Part shown: piece by piece, positions 1 through 9,900 of the stretch
Layout: each line of letters opens with the position of its first letter
Numbering within the stretch: the stretch's first letter is position 1
Virus record (IMG/VR): IMGVR_UViG_3300046777_000773
Coordinates: 1 to 60,347 of that record
DNA length: 60,347 nt
DNA from: a virus
Lineage: Duplodnaviria; Caudoviricetes
Reading direction: 5' to 3' (one strand)
Notes under the pieces: model-generated
Seen by the model: only the letters and a program-made list of their open reading frames with translations
Database searches by the model: none
Told to the model about the DNA's origin: nothing
Position numbers and translations under genes: made by a program

Positions 1-34
1 GCGTCAGTGGTACGGTTCCTCTGGTTCAACCTAA
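1..34 (+). CDS. C-terminal end of major capsid protein (continues from 59462..60347)
   Basis: Window end ...tggcgtc overlaps window start gcgtcag; joined frame reads GWSDWRQWYGSSGST* with TAA at 32-34. Confidence 0.9.
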   Translation, partial: RQWYGSSGST

Positions 35-40
35 TGGGCT

Positions 41-62
41 GGGGACTTCGGTCCCCTTTCCT
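41..62 (+). terminator. Intrinsic terminator/stem-loop after major capsid gene
   Basis: GGGGAC-TTCG-GTCCCC followed by TTTCC. Confidence 0.7.
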
Positions 63-82
63 TCATTCTCAAGGAGAATCAG

Positions 83-526
83 ATGACTACTTTTAGCTTC
101 CCTGTCAACATCGCCAATCACGAACCGGCCTCCGGTAGTGCTGTCGATCTGAAGCAGGCGCGTGTTCCAGGCCGTTACTCTGTAGTCGTGAACACCAGCA
201 AGACCGGCACTGCGGCGGGTACTACTACCATTCCGCTGTTCGTGGCCCCGGCTGGTTCCAACTTCTACGAGTGCGTCCTTGACATCACGACCGCCTACGA
301 CAACGACGACACCAAGTTCACGATTGGCACCGCAGCGAACCCTGCTACCCTGTACGCGGCTACCACCGTGAACACCGCAGGTCGTCGCGCTTACGCTGGC
401 ACTGCCGCTCAAGTCTCCACCAACAGCCTCGTGCTGGCGGCGGACACCACGGTCCAGGCCATCGTGTCTATTACTACTTCGGCTGTGACGGCTGGTTCCG
501 TCATCGTCCACGTTGTGATTGGCTAA
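83..526 (+). CDS. Virion structural protein (putative minor capsid/decoration)
   Basis: AAGGAG RBS; Thr/Ala/Val-rich beta-type protein directly after capsid gene. Confidence 0.6.
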   Translation: MTTFSFPVNIANHEPASGSAVDLKQARVPGRYSVVVNTSKTGTAAGTTTIPLFVAPAGSNFYECVLDITTAYDNDDTKFTIGTAANPATLYAATTVNTAGRRAYAGTAAQVSTNSLVLAADTTVQAIVSITTSAVTAGSVIVHVVIG

Positions 527-534
527 CAAGTGAC

Positions 535-575
535 GGCAGGCTCGCCCTTTGGGTTGGGTCTGCCTCATTTGCTTT
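535..575 (+). terminator. Stem-loop/terminator
   Basis: GGCAGGCTC...GGGTCTGCC followed by T-rich tract. Confidence 0.5.
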
Positions 576-586
576 AGGAGCTTCAC

Positions 587-901
587 ATGCCCGGCATTAA
601 GACTATTCGAGTTATTCCTTTCCAAGTGAGTACCTCGGCCACCACCACGAGCGATCCCATCGACCTCGACTATCGCTTTGACGGTTCGCCCACTCGCACC
701 TTCTGGATCCAGAAGAGCGCCGCCACAGGCCCGTCCATCTTCTTGGAAGCGGCGCCCTACGAGACCGGCCCCTGGATTCCTTTCGCTGAAATCTCTGCTG
801 CCGTGACTACCACACTTGTACAAGTCATCTTTGACGTGCCATATGTGCGTTCGTCCTATGCTGGCGGTGGTCCGCTCGTAACTATCTACGGAGTCGTCTG
901 A
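587..901 (+). CDS. Hypothetical virion protein
   Basis: AGGAG RBS; in structural operon. Confidence 0.6.
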   Translation: MPGIKTIRVIPFQVSTSATTTSDPIDLDYRFDGSPTRTFWIQKSAATGPSIFLEAAPYETGPWIPFAEISAAVTTTLVQVIFDVPYVRSSYAGGGPLVTIYGVV

Positions 902-913
902 GGAGTAGCGCCA

Positions 914-1579
914 ATGGCAACCAGCGGCGTCGCCTCCTTCGATCCAACTTTCGATGACATACTTCAGGATGCGGCTGCCATGGTTGGTGGTGGTCCGCTT
1001 CTTGCTGACGAACTCATCAGCGCCCGCCGTGGTCTCGACTACCTTCTGACCGATCTTCAGAACCGGAACGTCCTTCTCCACAAAATTAAAACCACCGTGG
1101 TACCCGTCTCGGCTTCCGTCAGTTCGCTGACATTTGGGCCTGCAATCTCTGACGTCCTCACGGCTACTGTCCGCACCTCCACCACCGAAATCCTTATGGA
1201 CCGTGATGGCTACGAGCGTTGGGCCGAGATCCCCACCAAGTCCCAGACCGGGCGCCCGACGCGCTACTGGTGGGACCGGCGCCGCGATTCCAATACCATG
1301 AACTTGTGGCCGCTGCCAGACCAGACCTACGACATTGTACTGACAATCCAAAAGAACACCGAAGATACGCTGCGCGCCTTCGATAACATCGACGTGCCCC
1401 GGCGCTTCCTGCCCGCTGTCACTTATGGCCTTGCCTACTGGATTGGCATGCGACGCGGCACACGGGCAGATCCCACCCGGCTCGCTACAATCAAAGCTGA
1501 ATACGAGCGCATGGTGCGGGATGCAATGCGTGAAGACCGCGAACGTGGTCCTTTCCTTCTTAGGATTGGGAGGCGGTAA
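914..1579 (+). CDS. Head-tail adaptor / tail tubular A-like protein
   Basis: GRPTRYWWDR..NLWPLPD and DVPRRFLPAVTYGLAY motifs typical of podovirus adaptors; position. Confidence 0.6.
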   Translation: MATSGVASFDPTFDDILQDAAAMVGGGPLLADELISARRGLDYLLTDLQNRNVLLHKIKTTVVPVSASVSSLTFGPAISDVLTATVRTSTTEILMDRDGYERWAEIPTKSQTGRPTRYWWDRRRDSNTMNLWPLPDQTYDIVLTIQKNTEDTLRAFDNIDVPRRFLPAVTYGLAYWIGMRRGTRADPTRLATIKAEYERMVRDAMREDRERGPFLLRIGRR

Positions 1580-2232
1580 TGGGATACACCTATAGCACAT
1601 TGGTGGCCGATGTCCAAGCGAACATGGAAGAAGATTCCGCCGAGTTCGTCTCAGCCCTGCCCTCCATCATCGAGCGCGCCCAAGGTTATTTGCAGCGGCG
1701 CCTTGACCCCATCAATACGTTCCGGTTCACCGAAATATCTGTTAGCGCCTCCTCACGGACCTTGGCGCTCCCGTCTGATCTGCTCGTTCTCAAGTCCATC
1801 CAAGTTTGCGCCACTGGAGGCTGGACCACTCTGCTAGAGCAGAACAACGAGTTTCTGACGGCTTACTGGCCTGACTATACTTCCTGCGCGCCGACCAAGT
1901 ACTACGCGCCCAAAGACAATGCCACTCTGTTCTTGGCTCCGACGCCCCCTGCGAATACGACGGCCTTGATCGAATACATTCCGCAAGTTACTATCCTGAG
2001 TTCTGCTGCCCCTTCCAACTACTTCTCTGAGCGGGCGGACTCGGCTTTCTTCGCGGCGGCCATGATGTATGCCAATGCTTGGACCAAGAACGCCAATGCG
2101 ATGCAGATCTGGAAGGCTATTGCTGACGACGAACTCGCGACTCTGAACATCGAATACACACGGGCGCGGCGTTCCGACACTTCCAATCGCAACATGGGTT
2201 CGCCTGAGAACACTATCGCAGGGCAGCCCTAA
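1579..2232 (+). CDS. Second adaptor/connector-like virion protein
   Basis: TAATG coupling; LALPSD..KSI, PTKYYA, LFLAPTP motifs; position. Confidence 0.55.
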   Translation: MGYTYSTLVADVQANMEEDSAEFVSALPSIIERAQGYLQRRLDPINTFRFTEISVSASSRTLALPSDLLVLKSIQVCATGGWTTLLEQNNEFLTAYWPDYTSCAPTKYYAPKDNATLFLAPTPPANTTALIEYIPQVTILSSAAPSNYFSERADSAFFAAAMMYANAWTKNANAMQIWKAIADDELATLNIEYTRARRSDTSNRNMGSPENTIAGQP

Positions 2233-2450
2233 TGTCAGTCATGGATATGTGGTCGGTCTGTGACCGATGTGGCTTCGACTACAAACGGCGTGACCTCCGT
2301 AAGGAAACTACCAACTTCGTGGTCTGCGAGTCCTGCTTCGACGGAAGCTTCGACAAGAAGAACCACCCACAGAACTACTCTGCCAAACCGCGTCGTGAAC
2401 TGAAGCTAGTTCCTGATGCCCGTCCTGACCAAACTAACTATGGGTCCTGA
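2232..2450 (+). CDS. Small Zn-finger protein (paralog 1)
   Basis: CDRC...CESC...HPQ; translationally coupled. Confidence 0.7.
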   Translation: MSVMDMWSVCDRCGFDYKRRDLRKETTNFVVCESCFDGSFDKKNHPQNYSAKPRRELKLVPDARPDQTNYGS

Positions 2451-2452
2451 CA

Positions 2453-2764
2453 ATGGCTATGAACGTATGGTCTCTTTGCGATAGGTGTGGCCAGAAATAC
2501 TATCGGCGGCAACTCCACAAAGAGTCCACCAATCTAGTTGTCTGCACTGCCTGCTTCGACGGCGCCTACGATCTCAAGCGGCATCCTCAGAACAGGGGAC
2601 CTTATCCGCGCTTCGAATCCAAGAAAGTTCCAGACGGTCGACCGCAGGCTACCACAGATGCCTACCTAGCTAAAGAGGATACCGGGTTCTTGCTAACCGA
2701 AGACAATCTCAATATCGTGGTGACCCCGGTGCAGTGGAATCCCTCCATGAGTTCGCCGAGCTAG
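2453..2764 (+). CDS. Small Zn-finger protein (paralog 2) with acidic LLTED tail
   Basis: CDRC...CTAC...HPQ; aligns by eye to the previous ORF. Confidence 0.7.
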   Translation: MAMNVWSLCDRCGQKYYRRQLHKESTNLVVCTACFDGAYDLKRHPQNRGPYPRFESKKVPDGRPQATTDAYLAKEDTGFLLTEDNLNIVVTPVQWNPSMSSPS

Positions 2765-2768
2765 TGCC

Positions 2769-3029
2769 ATGGATTTGGCTGCGATGTGGAAAGTCCTCTC
2801 AGACGTATTGTTGCCGCTGGCTTTGGCGTGGGCTGCCTATCTGCACAGGGAACTAAAAGCAATGGACCAGAAGATCGACAAGCTCCACGATGATCACTTC
2901 CGCCACGTAGCCCAGGTCAACAAGGACTTTGCAACCCGTGAGGTAGTCAGCGAGCTTGAAAACAAACTCACAGTTGTGTTAAATAGAATCGACGATAAAG
3001 TCACACGCATCCTTCAGGAGCGCAAGTAA
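2769..3029 (+). CDS. Small membrane-anchored coiled-coil protein
   Basis: N-terminal hydrophobic helix, then heptad pattern. Confidence 0.6.
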   Translation: MDLAAMWKVLSDVLLPLALAWAAYLHRELKAMDQKIDKLHDDHFRHVAQVNKDFATREVVSELENKLTVVLNRIDDKVTRILQERK

Positions 3030-3589
3030 TGCCCTCTACCTATGATCCCCTTTTAAGGCTTGAGCTACAGGCGACCGGCGAGAACGCCACAACCTGGGGC
3101 ACTAAGACCAACAACAACCTCGAACTCATCGCGGCTGCCATTGCAGGCCAGACAACCCTCACGCTGTCCTCTGCTGACGTCTCGCTTACCGAAGCCAACG
3201 CTGCCACCGATCAGGCCCGCGCTGCTATCCTCGTGCTGAACGGCACCCTCATCAACGACGTCAACATCGTGGTGCCCGCTCAGTCCAAGACTTATGCCAT
3301 CCTACGCCAGACCTCGGGCGCCTTCAACATCACCGTCAAGAACCCCACCGGCACTGGCGCAGTCCTTCCCGCCTCTGGCACCGAGATTGTCGTCTGCACC
3401 ACCGCCACCTGTGTCGGTCTTGTAAACTCAGTTGCTTCCCAAGTAGCTTCTGTGTCCGCTCAAGTTTCTATTCTTGGCGTGCAAGTCAGCAACATAGCCA
3501 CATCAGTGTCGGCTTTGCAAACTCAGGTCGACGCTGTGTCGGCTGCTGTTAGCGTCATCAACGCCCTCAATATTCGCATCATCGAGTAA
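3029..3589 (+). CDS. Tail-associated structural protein with VSA-rich coiled-coil C-terminus
   Basis: MPSTY..LRLEL.ATGEN..TWG.KTN.N N-terminus typical of phage tail proteins. Confidence 0.65.
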   Translation: MPSTYDPLLRLELQATGENATTWGTKTNNNLELIAAAIAGQTTLTLSSADVSLTEANAATDQARAAILVLNGTLINDVNIVVPAQSKTYAILRQTSGAFNITVKNPTGTGAVLPASGTEIVVCTTATCVGLVNSVASQVASVSAQVSILGVQVSNIATSVSALQTQVDAVSAAVSVINALNIRIIE

Positions 3590-3591
3590 CC

Positions 3592-5448
3592 ATGTCGGCT
3601 TCGCTCCAAGATCAACGCCTCACAGAACTGAACTTCAAAGTCGGCGTCATCAAAGAGAACACCGAACTGGATGCGACCGGCCATTGGGTCGATGCCGACA
3701 AAATCCGTTTCCGCTTTGGGCGCCCCGAACTTATGGGCGGCTGGCAAAGCGTCATTGACCCCTCGCAGGCCAACAAGATCTCCGGCATCCCGCGCCTCCT
3801 AGATACGCTCCGCAATCGGCTTAGTCAGCAGGCAGCATTCATCGCCACTAACCAGGGTGCTTTTTCTAGCGAGTTGTCGACATTCTACAATATTACGCCC
3901 GTGGTGTCAACCCTTGCGACCTCGGACATTCTGTCAACGACGGCAGGCTCCAACAAGATTGTCGTGTCTGTTTCGGCGCACGGCCTCGTGGACGGCACCC
4001 TCGTAGAGATCGTCTCAGCGGCGGCCACCATCGGCGGCAACGTCGTCATCAACCCGGTGTCTTCTGTTTCGGCTATGTTCCCCGTGAGCGTGGTCGACGC
4101 TAACAGCTTCTCCATTCAAGTATCAACGACGGCTGCGGCAACCTCGGCAGCAACGGGCGGTGCCATCACTATCGGCTTTTGCTACAATGCTGGACCCGAA
4201 GACACCACACAGCAAAGCGGCTGGGGCACCGGCGCGTGGGGCGGGAACTTCGGCTGGAACCAAGCCGCAGGTGCAGTTCCGCTTCCGCTTCGTCTGTGGT
4301 CCGCTGATCTTTGGGGCACCGATTTGTTGGCCGTTCCTTCCAAAGGTCCGCTCATGTATTGGAATACGAGCGCCGGTATCACAGAACGCATGACCATTGT
4401 GACGACCGCGCCCTCCGTCAACCAGATCGTGCGGGTAGCCTCAGAAGCCCGGCACGTCCTGCTTTACGGTACCCACGACGTCAGTGGCTCCTATGATCCG
4501 CTCCTGATTAGGTGGTGCAGCCAAGAAGACTACACCGATTGGACACCGTCGGGCGTCAACAATGCAGGCGACTACGTGCTGCCAAGCCGTGGCTCCGAAA
4601 TCCGCGCCGTCAACCGGGTGCGTGACAAGACCGCCATCCTCACCGACAGTGATCTGTACATCCAGTCCTACATCGCAGGCAACGACGTCTTCGGCTTCGT
4701 GGCAGCAGGCGAACAGTGCGGTGTCATCGCCCGCAATGCAGCCATCGAATATCGCGGCGTCCTTTACTGGATGTCAAACAACGGGCAGTTCTACATGTAC
4801 GATGGGCGCGTGCAACCTCTTGCTTGCACTGTTCTTCGCTTCATCTACGATAACCTAGACGTCAACAATCTCGAAAAAATCTACGCGGGTGCCAATTCCA
4901 CCTTCGACGAGATTGTCTGGTTCTATCCGTCCTCCAGTTCTACGAACGGCGAGAACGACCGCTACGTTATCTACAACACCTCAGAGCGGCACTGGACCAT
5001 CGGCACCATGCCTCGCACGGTCTGGGAAGATAGCGGCACCTTCGAATATCCGCTCGCCCTCAACGACATCCCGTCCAACGTCTACTATCAAGAGTACGGC
5101 TACACTGCTGACACGTCGGCCCTGGCTGCCAATCTTGAGAGCGCCTACTTCGACACGCAAGACGGCAACACCATCATGTTCGCCAACAAGTTTGCTCCTG
5201 ACTTCGGCAACATCTCCGATAACACGCCCTATTCGGGAACCCTTAAGGTATCCTTAATAGCACGCAAGTACCCAGGCGGCGCCGTCACTACCAAGGGTCC
5301 CTTCGCCGTGACGGGCACGACCCAGAAAGTCTCGACCCGCCTGCGTGGCCGTGAGTTCGCTATCCAGATCCAGTCGTCGACCTCCTCCAATGTACCATGG
5401 CGCATGGGGCAGTTCCGTATGGCCATTGAACCGGACGGCCTACGATGA
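3592..5448 (+). CDS. Tail nozzle / stabilization protein (tail tubular B, P22 gp10-like)
   Basis: 618 aa beta-propeller-like; WVDADKIRFRFGRPE, IRWCSQED, EIVWFYP, RLRGR motifs; position. Confidence 0.7.
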   Translation: MSASLQDQRLTELNFKVGVIKENTELDATGHWVDADKIRFRFGRPELMGGWQSVIDPSQANKISGIPRLLDTLRNRLSQQAAFIATNQGAFSSELSTFYNITPVVSTLATSDILSTTAGSNKIVVSVSAHGLVDGTLVEIVSAAATIGGNVVINPVSSVSAMFPVSVVDANSFSIQVSTTAAATSAATGGAITIGFCYNAGPEDTTQQSGWGTGAWGGNFGWNQAAGAVPLPLRLWSADLWGTDLLAVPSKGPLMYWNTSAGITERMTIVTTAPSVNQIVRVASEARHVLLYGTHDVSGSYDPLLIRWCSQEDYTDWTPSGVNNAGDYVLPSRGSEIRAVNRVRDKTAILTDSDLYIQSYIAGNDVFGFVAAGEQCGVIARNAAIEYRGVLYWMSNNGQFYMYDGRVQPLACTVLRFIYDNLDVNNLEKIYAGANSTFDEIVWFYPSSSSTNGENDRYVIYNTSERHWTIGTMPRTVWEDSGTFEYPLALNDIPSNVYYQEYGYTADTSALAANLESAYFDTQDGNTIMFANKFAPDFGNISDNTPYSGTLKVSLIARKYPGGAVTTKGPFAVTGTTQKVSTRLRGREFAIQIQSSTSSNVPWRMGQFRMAIEPDGLR

Positions 5449-5717
5449 CACGGCGCATTTCTTCGAGGTCCTTTCCCGACGCGCCTTCTGAGTGGGATGC
5501 TTCCTCCCGCGATGCGTGGAACTCGCTTATCAGGGTACTGGAGCAAAGCGATCTCTTCGATCAGGGGCGCCGCACCCGGCCTCTCTTCGTAGTCCAAGGC
5601 ACCATTAGCGCGGGCACGACCCTCGATGCGACCAATCCGTCTGTCACTGTCCTGACCCAAGTCGTTGGCAAGCTGCTCCAGGCTCTCCAGTCTAGCAACT
5701 TTGTTGACGTTCGGTAG
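5445..5717 (+). CDS. Hypothetical tail protein
   Basis: ATGA coupling to nozzle gene. Confidence 0.55.
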   Translation: MTRRISSRSFPDAPSEWDASSRDAWNSLIRVLEQSDLFDQGRRTRPLFVVQGTISAGTTLDATNPSVTVLTQVVGKLLQALQSSNFVDVR

Positions 5718-5767
5718 GGTTTATTTTCAACGCATTCCGTGCTATAATGCCGATAAGGAACGCCTAG

Positions 5768-8700
5768 ATGTCAGACAGCTTTTTCAATAACCCTATCGTA
5801 ATGTGGGACGGTCAAGGTAAGACGGCTTCGGATGAAGACACTGTCTACACGATGGGTGGCCTGGATAGCTTGCCTGACGATCAGGGCGACCAAGACGTAG
5901 CTGACTACCTAAGCCGGGCTATTCCAAACATCTCCTTCGACCAATTCACCGGGAGCCTGAACCAGCTTTCTCAGCTATTCCCCGGCGTCCAAGTAAAGCC
6001 TAACTATCAGCCGGGCCTGACCGACATTACCTATACGCGCGGCTACTATGGGACGGCCCCTGACGTTTCACCCGAAGAATATGGTACGAAGTCTGCCGGT
6101 CACCTCTTCTGGTCTCCTCAACGCTACCAGCTTCCCACGGTCGCCCAAACCACCACGACAACCTCGGCGACTTCATCGGGCGTCAGTGAAGAGCAGAACC
6201 TTGAGAACGCGCTTCAGGCTTTCCTTGAAAGCATGTCGTCTGTTGCGCCCGTAACGCCGGTCACTTCTGTTCGGCCCACGACGACCACTACGGCTATATT
6301 CCCGACGACCACTACCACGGCAGTAACGACGCTCACCGATTCGACTGTGACTGCGGTTACCACCACAACAGCAACCTTACCGACCACTACAACGGCAGTC
6401 ATCCCGACAACTACCACAGCAGTTGTAACGGCTTCCACTACTGCCCCCACGACTACTACTGCGACGGTTCCTACTACTGTTACTACTTCTTTGCCAACCA
6501 TGACGGACGACGAAGCATTCGTCAATAAGGTCTACCAAGATTTATTTGAACGTGACGCTGACGCAGGCGGGCTCGACTATTGGACTTCGCAACTTGAGTC
6601 TGGCAAGACCCGCGAGCAAATCATCAAGGACATCTACTCGGGCGCTCAAGGTGCAGACATCGGCGCGCTCCAAGATGAAAATCTGAACCAGTACATTGAA
6701 GACTACGAAGCTTCTCAAGTACCGGAAGCAGAACGCTCTTCGCTCAATCAAATCTACCAGCAGAACTTCGGGCGAGACATCGACAAGGGCGGGCTGGTCT
6801 ACTGGTCCAAAGAATATGACGCGGGCAAGACCCCCGAGCAAATTCGCCAAGCTATTCTTAACGGGGCTCAGGAAGCTGACCGCGCCTACATGCGTACCCG
6901 TTCCCTTGAAGGTTTTACGGCAGACCTGAACAATCAAGTTACGCAGCAGACTGCCACCATTAATACAACGCAAGATGAAGTCAAGGCACTCCGTGATCAA
7001 GCCCAACAAGAAATCAATGACAGCTATTATGTAACATCTGGTTACGAGGGTGCCCAAGAAACTGGTTACGGCATCACTGATCCATACAAGACGACGGTCG
7101 GCGAACAACTGCGTGCGAAGGAAGCTGAACTCACAAATGAACTACGGGACCTTCGCAACACCACTACCAAGCTGAACGACGCCGAGAAGAATTTCGCAGC
7201 CGAAAGCTACAAGGCTAACAACCCGGATGCGGCTGCCTCTAATCTTGATCCGTTCACGCATTTCCTGATCTATGGTCGCGGCGAACAGCCCAGCAATTTC
7301 GTCATGGATGCAGACGCTTACTACCTTGAGCGCAACCCTGACGTAGCCAACTCGGGCCTCGATCCTTACGAACACTATCTGCTTCGTGGCTTTACCGAAG
7401 GGCGTTCTGACGTATATGGCACACCCGAACAAGAGTATCTGCGTGCTTACCCGGATGTTGCTGCCGCTATCCGTGAAGGCCGTTACACATCCGCTGAAGA
7501 TCACTACAAGCGAGTAGGTGCTGCCGAGGGTCGTACCGCTGGTTACGGTCAAGTAGACAACGCCCTCAAGACTGCCACCAACGAATACCTCGAAGAACTC
7601 AAAACATCTTTGCGGCAACCGGGTATTATTGCTGGTCCTCCTCCCCTCTCCACAATCCGTGACAACTTCATCGAGAAGCTCGCTAAAGATTCACCCGGCA
7701 TCCTAAACGCCGTCTCCAAAACCTCTACGGCAATGGAGGGCGCTTCCAGCATTTACAAGGCGGCTGCCAACTCTGCATTGCTTTCGTCTACTTCGGATGC
7801 GTTTGTGCGGGCCGCTGGGTTTGCCAGTAAAGATGCCGCTATTGACGCTCTTATTAACCGCGCTGGCTACACTCCTACCCTAGCGGCAGACCTTGTCAAT
7901 AGTGCTGGTGCTGTTCCTGATGCGGCTGAAGCCCTACTCAACGTCTCAAAATTTGCAGGCAACGATGCTGCCTATGAAGAACTTCTGAGTTCAGTCGACC
8001 AATCTTCTAAGCTTCTGTCGGCCATCGACACTGGGACTATGGCAGATGTCCAAGAAGTTCTTGGGAGCATGCAGGAGTTTGCAGGGGCGGGCAAGGCTTT
8101 CTTCACGGATGCAACTAACGCAGTTGGTCAGTATCTGGGTGTCGAAGGTCTTGGTACCATGGTCGACGGTGCCCTTTCCAGCGGCGTTCCCTATGTCGGC
8201 TTGATTATGGATGCCTTCTCGGCAGACGATTATGACGAGTTTGCTTCCACCGCCGCCGATACCCTAGCAACGGCAGCCGTTACTCAAGCCGCTTCCTATG
8301 CTCTTGCTTCCCTTGGTATCCCTGGCGCCGGTCCTTTCATTGCTGCCGCCATTGCCTTGGATGCCGTCCTTGCAGAAGCTCTAGGCTACGACAGTTTCAT
8401 TCAGGATGCAATCTCTTGGGTCTCCGGTCCCATCGACAACTTCCTAGGCTGGGCTGGCGAAAACATCGGCGACATTTGGAGCGGCATCCAAGATTTCTTC
8501 AGTGATCTCTTTGCCGAGGGTGGGTTGGTTGACTTGCCAGGCGATTCCATGTATAATGCCAACACGCAAGGGGTTCTGCCTGATATCGAAGCTTATGCCC
8601 AGGGCGGGGTCATTCCGTTACCGGGCGGCGGCAAAATTGCCAAGGGACCCGGTGGCGGCCTCGATGACCTGATCCCCACCACGATTGACGGGCGACGGGC

Positions 8701-8890
8701 GGCGGCCCTCTCTGATGGCGAGTTCGTCATTCCCGCTGACGTGGTTTCCATGATGGGCGATGGCTCCACCAACGCAGGTTCGAAGCGCCTTTACGATCTG
8801 GTGCGTCAAGTCCGCCAAGCCAAGACCGGCACCTCCCGTCAAGCGGGTCCGCTACAGGTAGGCAAGATTCTCGAAAGGACTATGAAATGA
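5768..8890 (+). CDS. Large multidomain internal virion protein: Thr-rich tract, two DUF4214-like repeats, NPDV repeats, C-terminal AxGG/GPG-LSDGEFV domain
   Basis: FVNKVYQDLFERDADAGGLDYW; YLERNPDVA..GLDPYEHYL..G..EGR; GPGGGLDDLIP...LSDGEFVIPADVV; upstream TGCTATAAT and AAGGA. Confidence 0.7.
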   Translation: MSDSFFNNPIVMWDGQGKTASDEDTVYTMGGLDSLPDDQGDQDVADYLSRAIPNISFDQFTGSLNQLSQLFPGVQVKPNYQPGLTDITYTRGYYGTAPDVSPEEYGTKSAGHLFWSPQRYQLPTVAQTTTTTSATSSGVSEEQNLENALQAFLESMSSVAPVTPVTSVRPTTTTTAIFPTTTTTAVTTLTDSTVTAVTTTTATLPTTTTAVIPTTTTAVVTASTTAPTTTTATVPTTVTTSLPTMTDDEAFVNKVYQDLFERDADAGGLDYWTSQLESGKTREQIIKDIYSGAQGADIGALQDENLNQYIEDYEASQVPEAERSSLNQIYQQNFGRDIDKGGLVYWSKEYDAGKTPEQIRQAILNGAQEADRAYMRTRSLEGFTADLNNQVTQQTATINTTQDEVKALRDQAQQEINDSYYVTSGYEGAQETGYGITDPYKTTVGEQLRAKEAELTNELRDLRNTTTKLNDAEKNFAAESYKANNPDAAASNLDPFTHFLIYGRGEQPSNFVMDADAYYLERNPDVANSGLDPYEHYLLRGFTEGRSDVYGTPEQEYLRAYPDVAAAIREGRYTSAEDHYKRVGAAEGRTAGYGQVDNALKTATNEYLEELKTSLRQPGIIAGPPPLSTIRDNFIEKLAKDSPGILNAVSKTSTAMEGASSIYKAAANSALLSSTSDAFVRAAGFASKDAAIDALINRAGYTPTLAADLVNSAGAVPDAAEALLNVSKFAGNDAAYEELLSSVDQSSKLLSAIDTGTMADVQEVLGSMQEFAGAGKAFFTDATNAVGQYLGVEGLGTMVDGALSSGVPYVGLIMDAFSADDYDEFASTAADTLATAAVTQAASYALASLGIPGAGPFIAAAIALDAVLAEALGYDSFIQDAISWVSGPIDNFLGWAGENIGDIWSGIQDFFSDLFAEGGLVDLPGDSMYNANTQGVLPDIEAYAQGGVIPLPGGGKIAKGPGGGLDDLIPTTIDGRRAAALSDGEFVIPADVVSMMGDGSTNAGSKRLYDLVRQVRQAKTGTSRQAGPLQVGKILERTMK
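8529..8557 (+). promoter_or_regulatory. Sigma70-type promoter inside a CDS
   Basis: TTGACT-N17-TATAAT. Confidence 0.6.
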
Positions 8891-9879
8891 GCGGCCTTCT
8901 TAGTACAATCTTCGGCATCGGTCCCCAGAAAAGTTCTTCTGGTACCACGCCCACCCTGCCTGGATCTACACAGGCCGCCGTAGACGAACTCATTGCGCGC
9001 ACCCGTGGCTTTGCTGCCGAACCCTACCAGCCTTACGTCGACGCCCAAGGCAATGTCATTCCCCGCGTCGCTGAGTTCACTCCCGATCAGCAGCGTGCCT
9101 TCGAGTCTGCCCGTGGCCTCGCATCCCAAGCCGGTGCCCTGAGCGCCCTTACGCCCGGCCTCGCCCAAGAAGGCATTGCAGCTACACGCGGTCTTGCTAC
9201 CACCCTGCCCGAGACTGACCTCTCCGGTTACATGTCGCCCTATACGCAGGCGGTCCTTGACCCGGCGATCCGCGACATCGAAGAGCGCGCTGCCAAGGAA
9301 CGTCTCCGTCTCGGCCAGCAATCTGCACGCACAGGTTCCTTCGGCGGCTCACGTCAGGCCATTGCGGAATCTGAACTAGAGCGCGGTACCCAGCGCAACA
9401 TCGCCGACGTGTCCGCCCAGCAACGCGCTGCTGCTTACAACCAAGCTCTCGATCAGTTCCGCAAAGACCAAGGGATGATCCCGCAGCTTTATGCGAACAT
9501 GCAGAGCCAACTTGGCACGGGCCTTACGCAGACGCAAGGGGCTTTCGGTTCGATGGTCAATCCGCTCCTTCAGACGGGCGGCCTCCAGCAAGCGCGTGAA
9601 CAGGCCAACCTCGATGTGCTGCGTCAGCAATACGAAGAAGAGCGTGACTTCCCGCTGCGTGGTATCACAGCCTTGCGCCAAACTCTGGGCATCAACCCGC
9701 AGATCCTTGGCCTCGGCACATCCACGCAATCTACGCAGCCGGGCGCCAACCCTCTCACAGCTTTGACGCAGGCTATCAGCGGCGGACCCAAGTTCCTTGA
9801 GAACCTGAAAGTTCTGGGCAAGGAGTTCGGGTTCTACGGGCCTTCTTCTTCGCAGTCGTCTTCGACTACGCAACGGTAA
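8887..9879 (+). CDS. Internal virion / DNA ejection protein
   Basis: Gln/Ala/Gly-rich; YMSPYTQAV..., GSFGGSRQAIAESEL motifs typical of podovirus pilot proteins. Confidence 0.65.
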   Translation: MSGLLSTIFGIGPQKSSSGTTPTLPGSTQAAVDELIARTRGFAAEPYQPYVDAQGNVIPRVAEFTPDQQRAFESARGLASQAGALSALTPGLAQEGIAATRGLATTLPETDLSGYMSPYTQAVLDPAIRDIEERAAKERLRLGQQSARTGSFGGSRQAIAESELERGTQRNIADVSAQQRAAAYNQALDQFRKDQGMIPQLYANMQSQLGTGLTQTQGAFGSMVNPLLQTGGLQQAREQANLDVLRQQYEEERDFPLRGITALRQTLGINPQILGLGTSTQSTQPGANPLTALTQAISGGPKFLENLKVLGKEFGFYGPSSSQSSSTTQR

Positions 9880-9900
9880 TTCAGTTAAGGAACCGTCCCC

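Noticed and set aside
26-1600. 524-aa minus-strand ORF
   Set aside because: Antisense shadow of three well-formed + strand structural genes; no motifs
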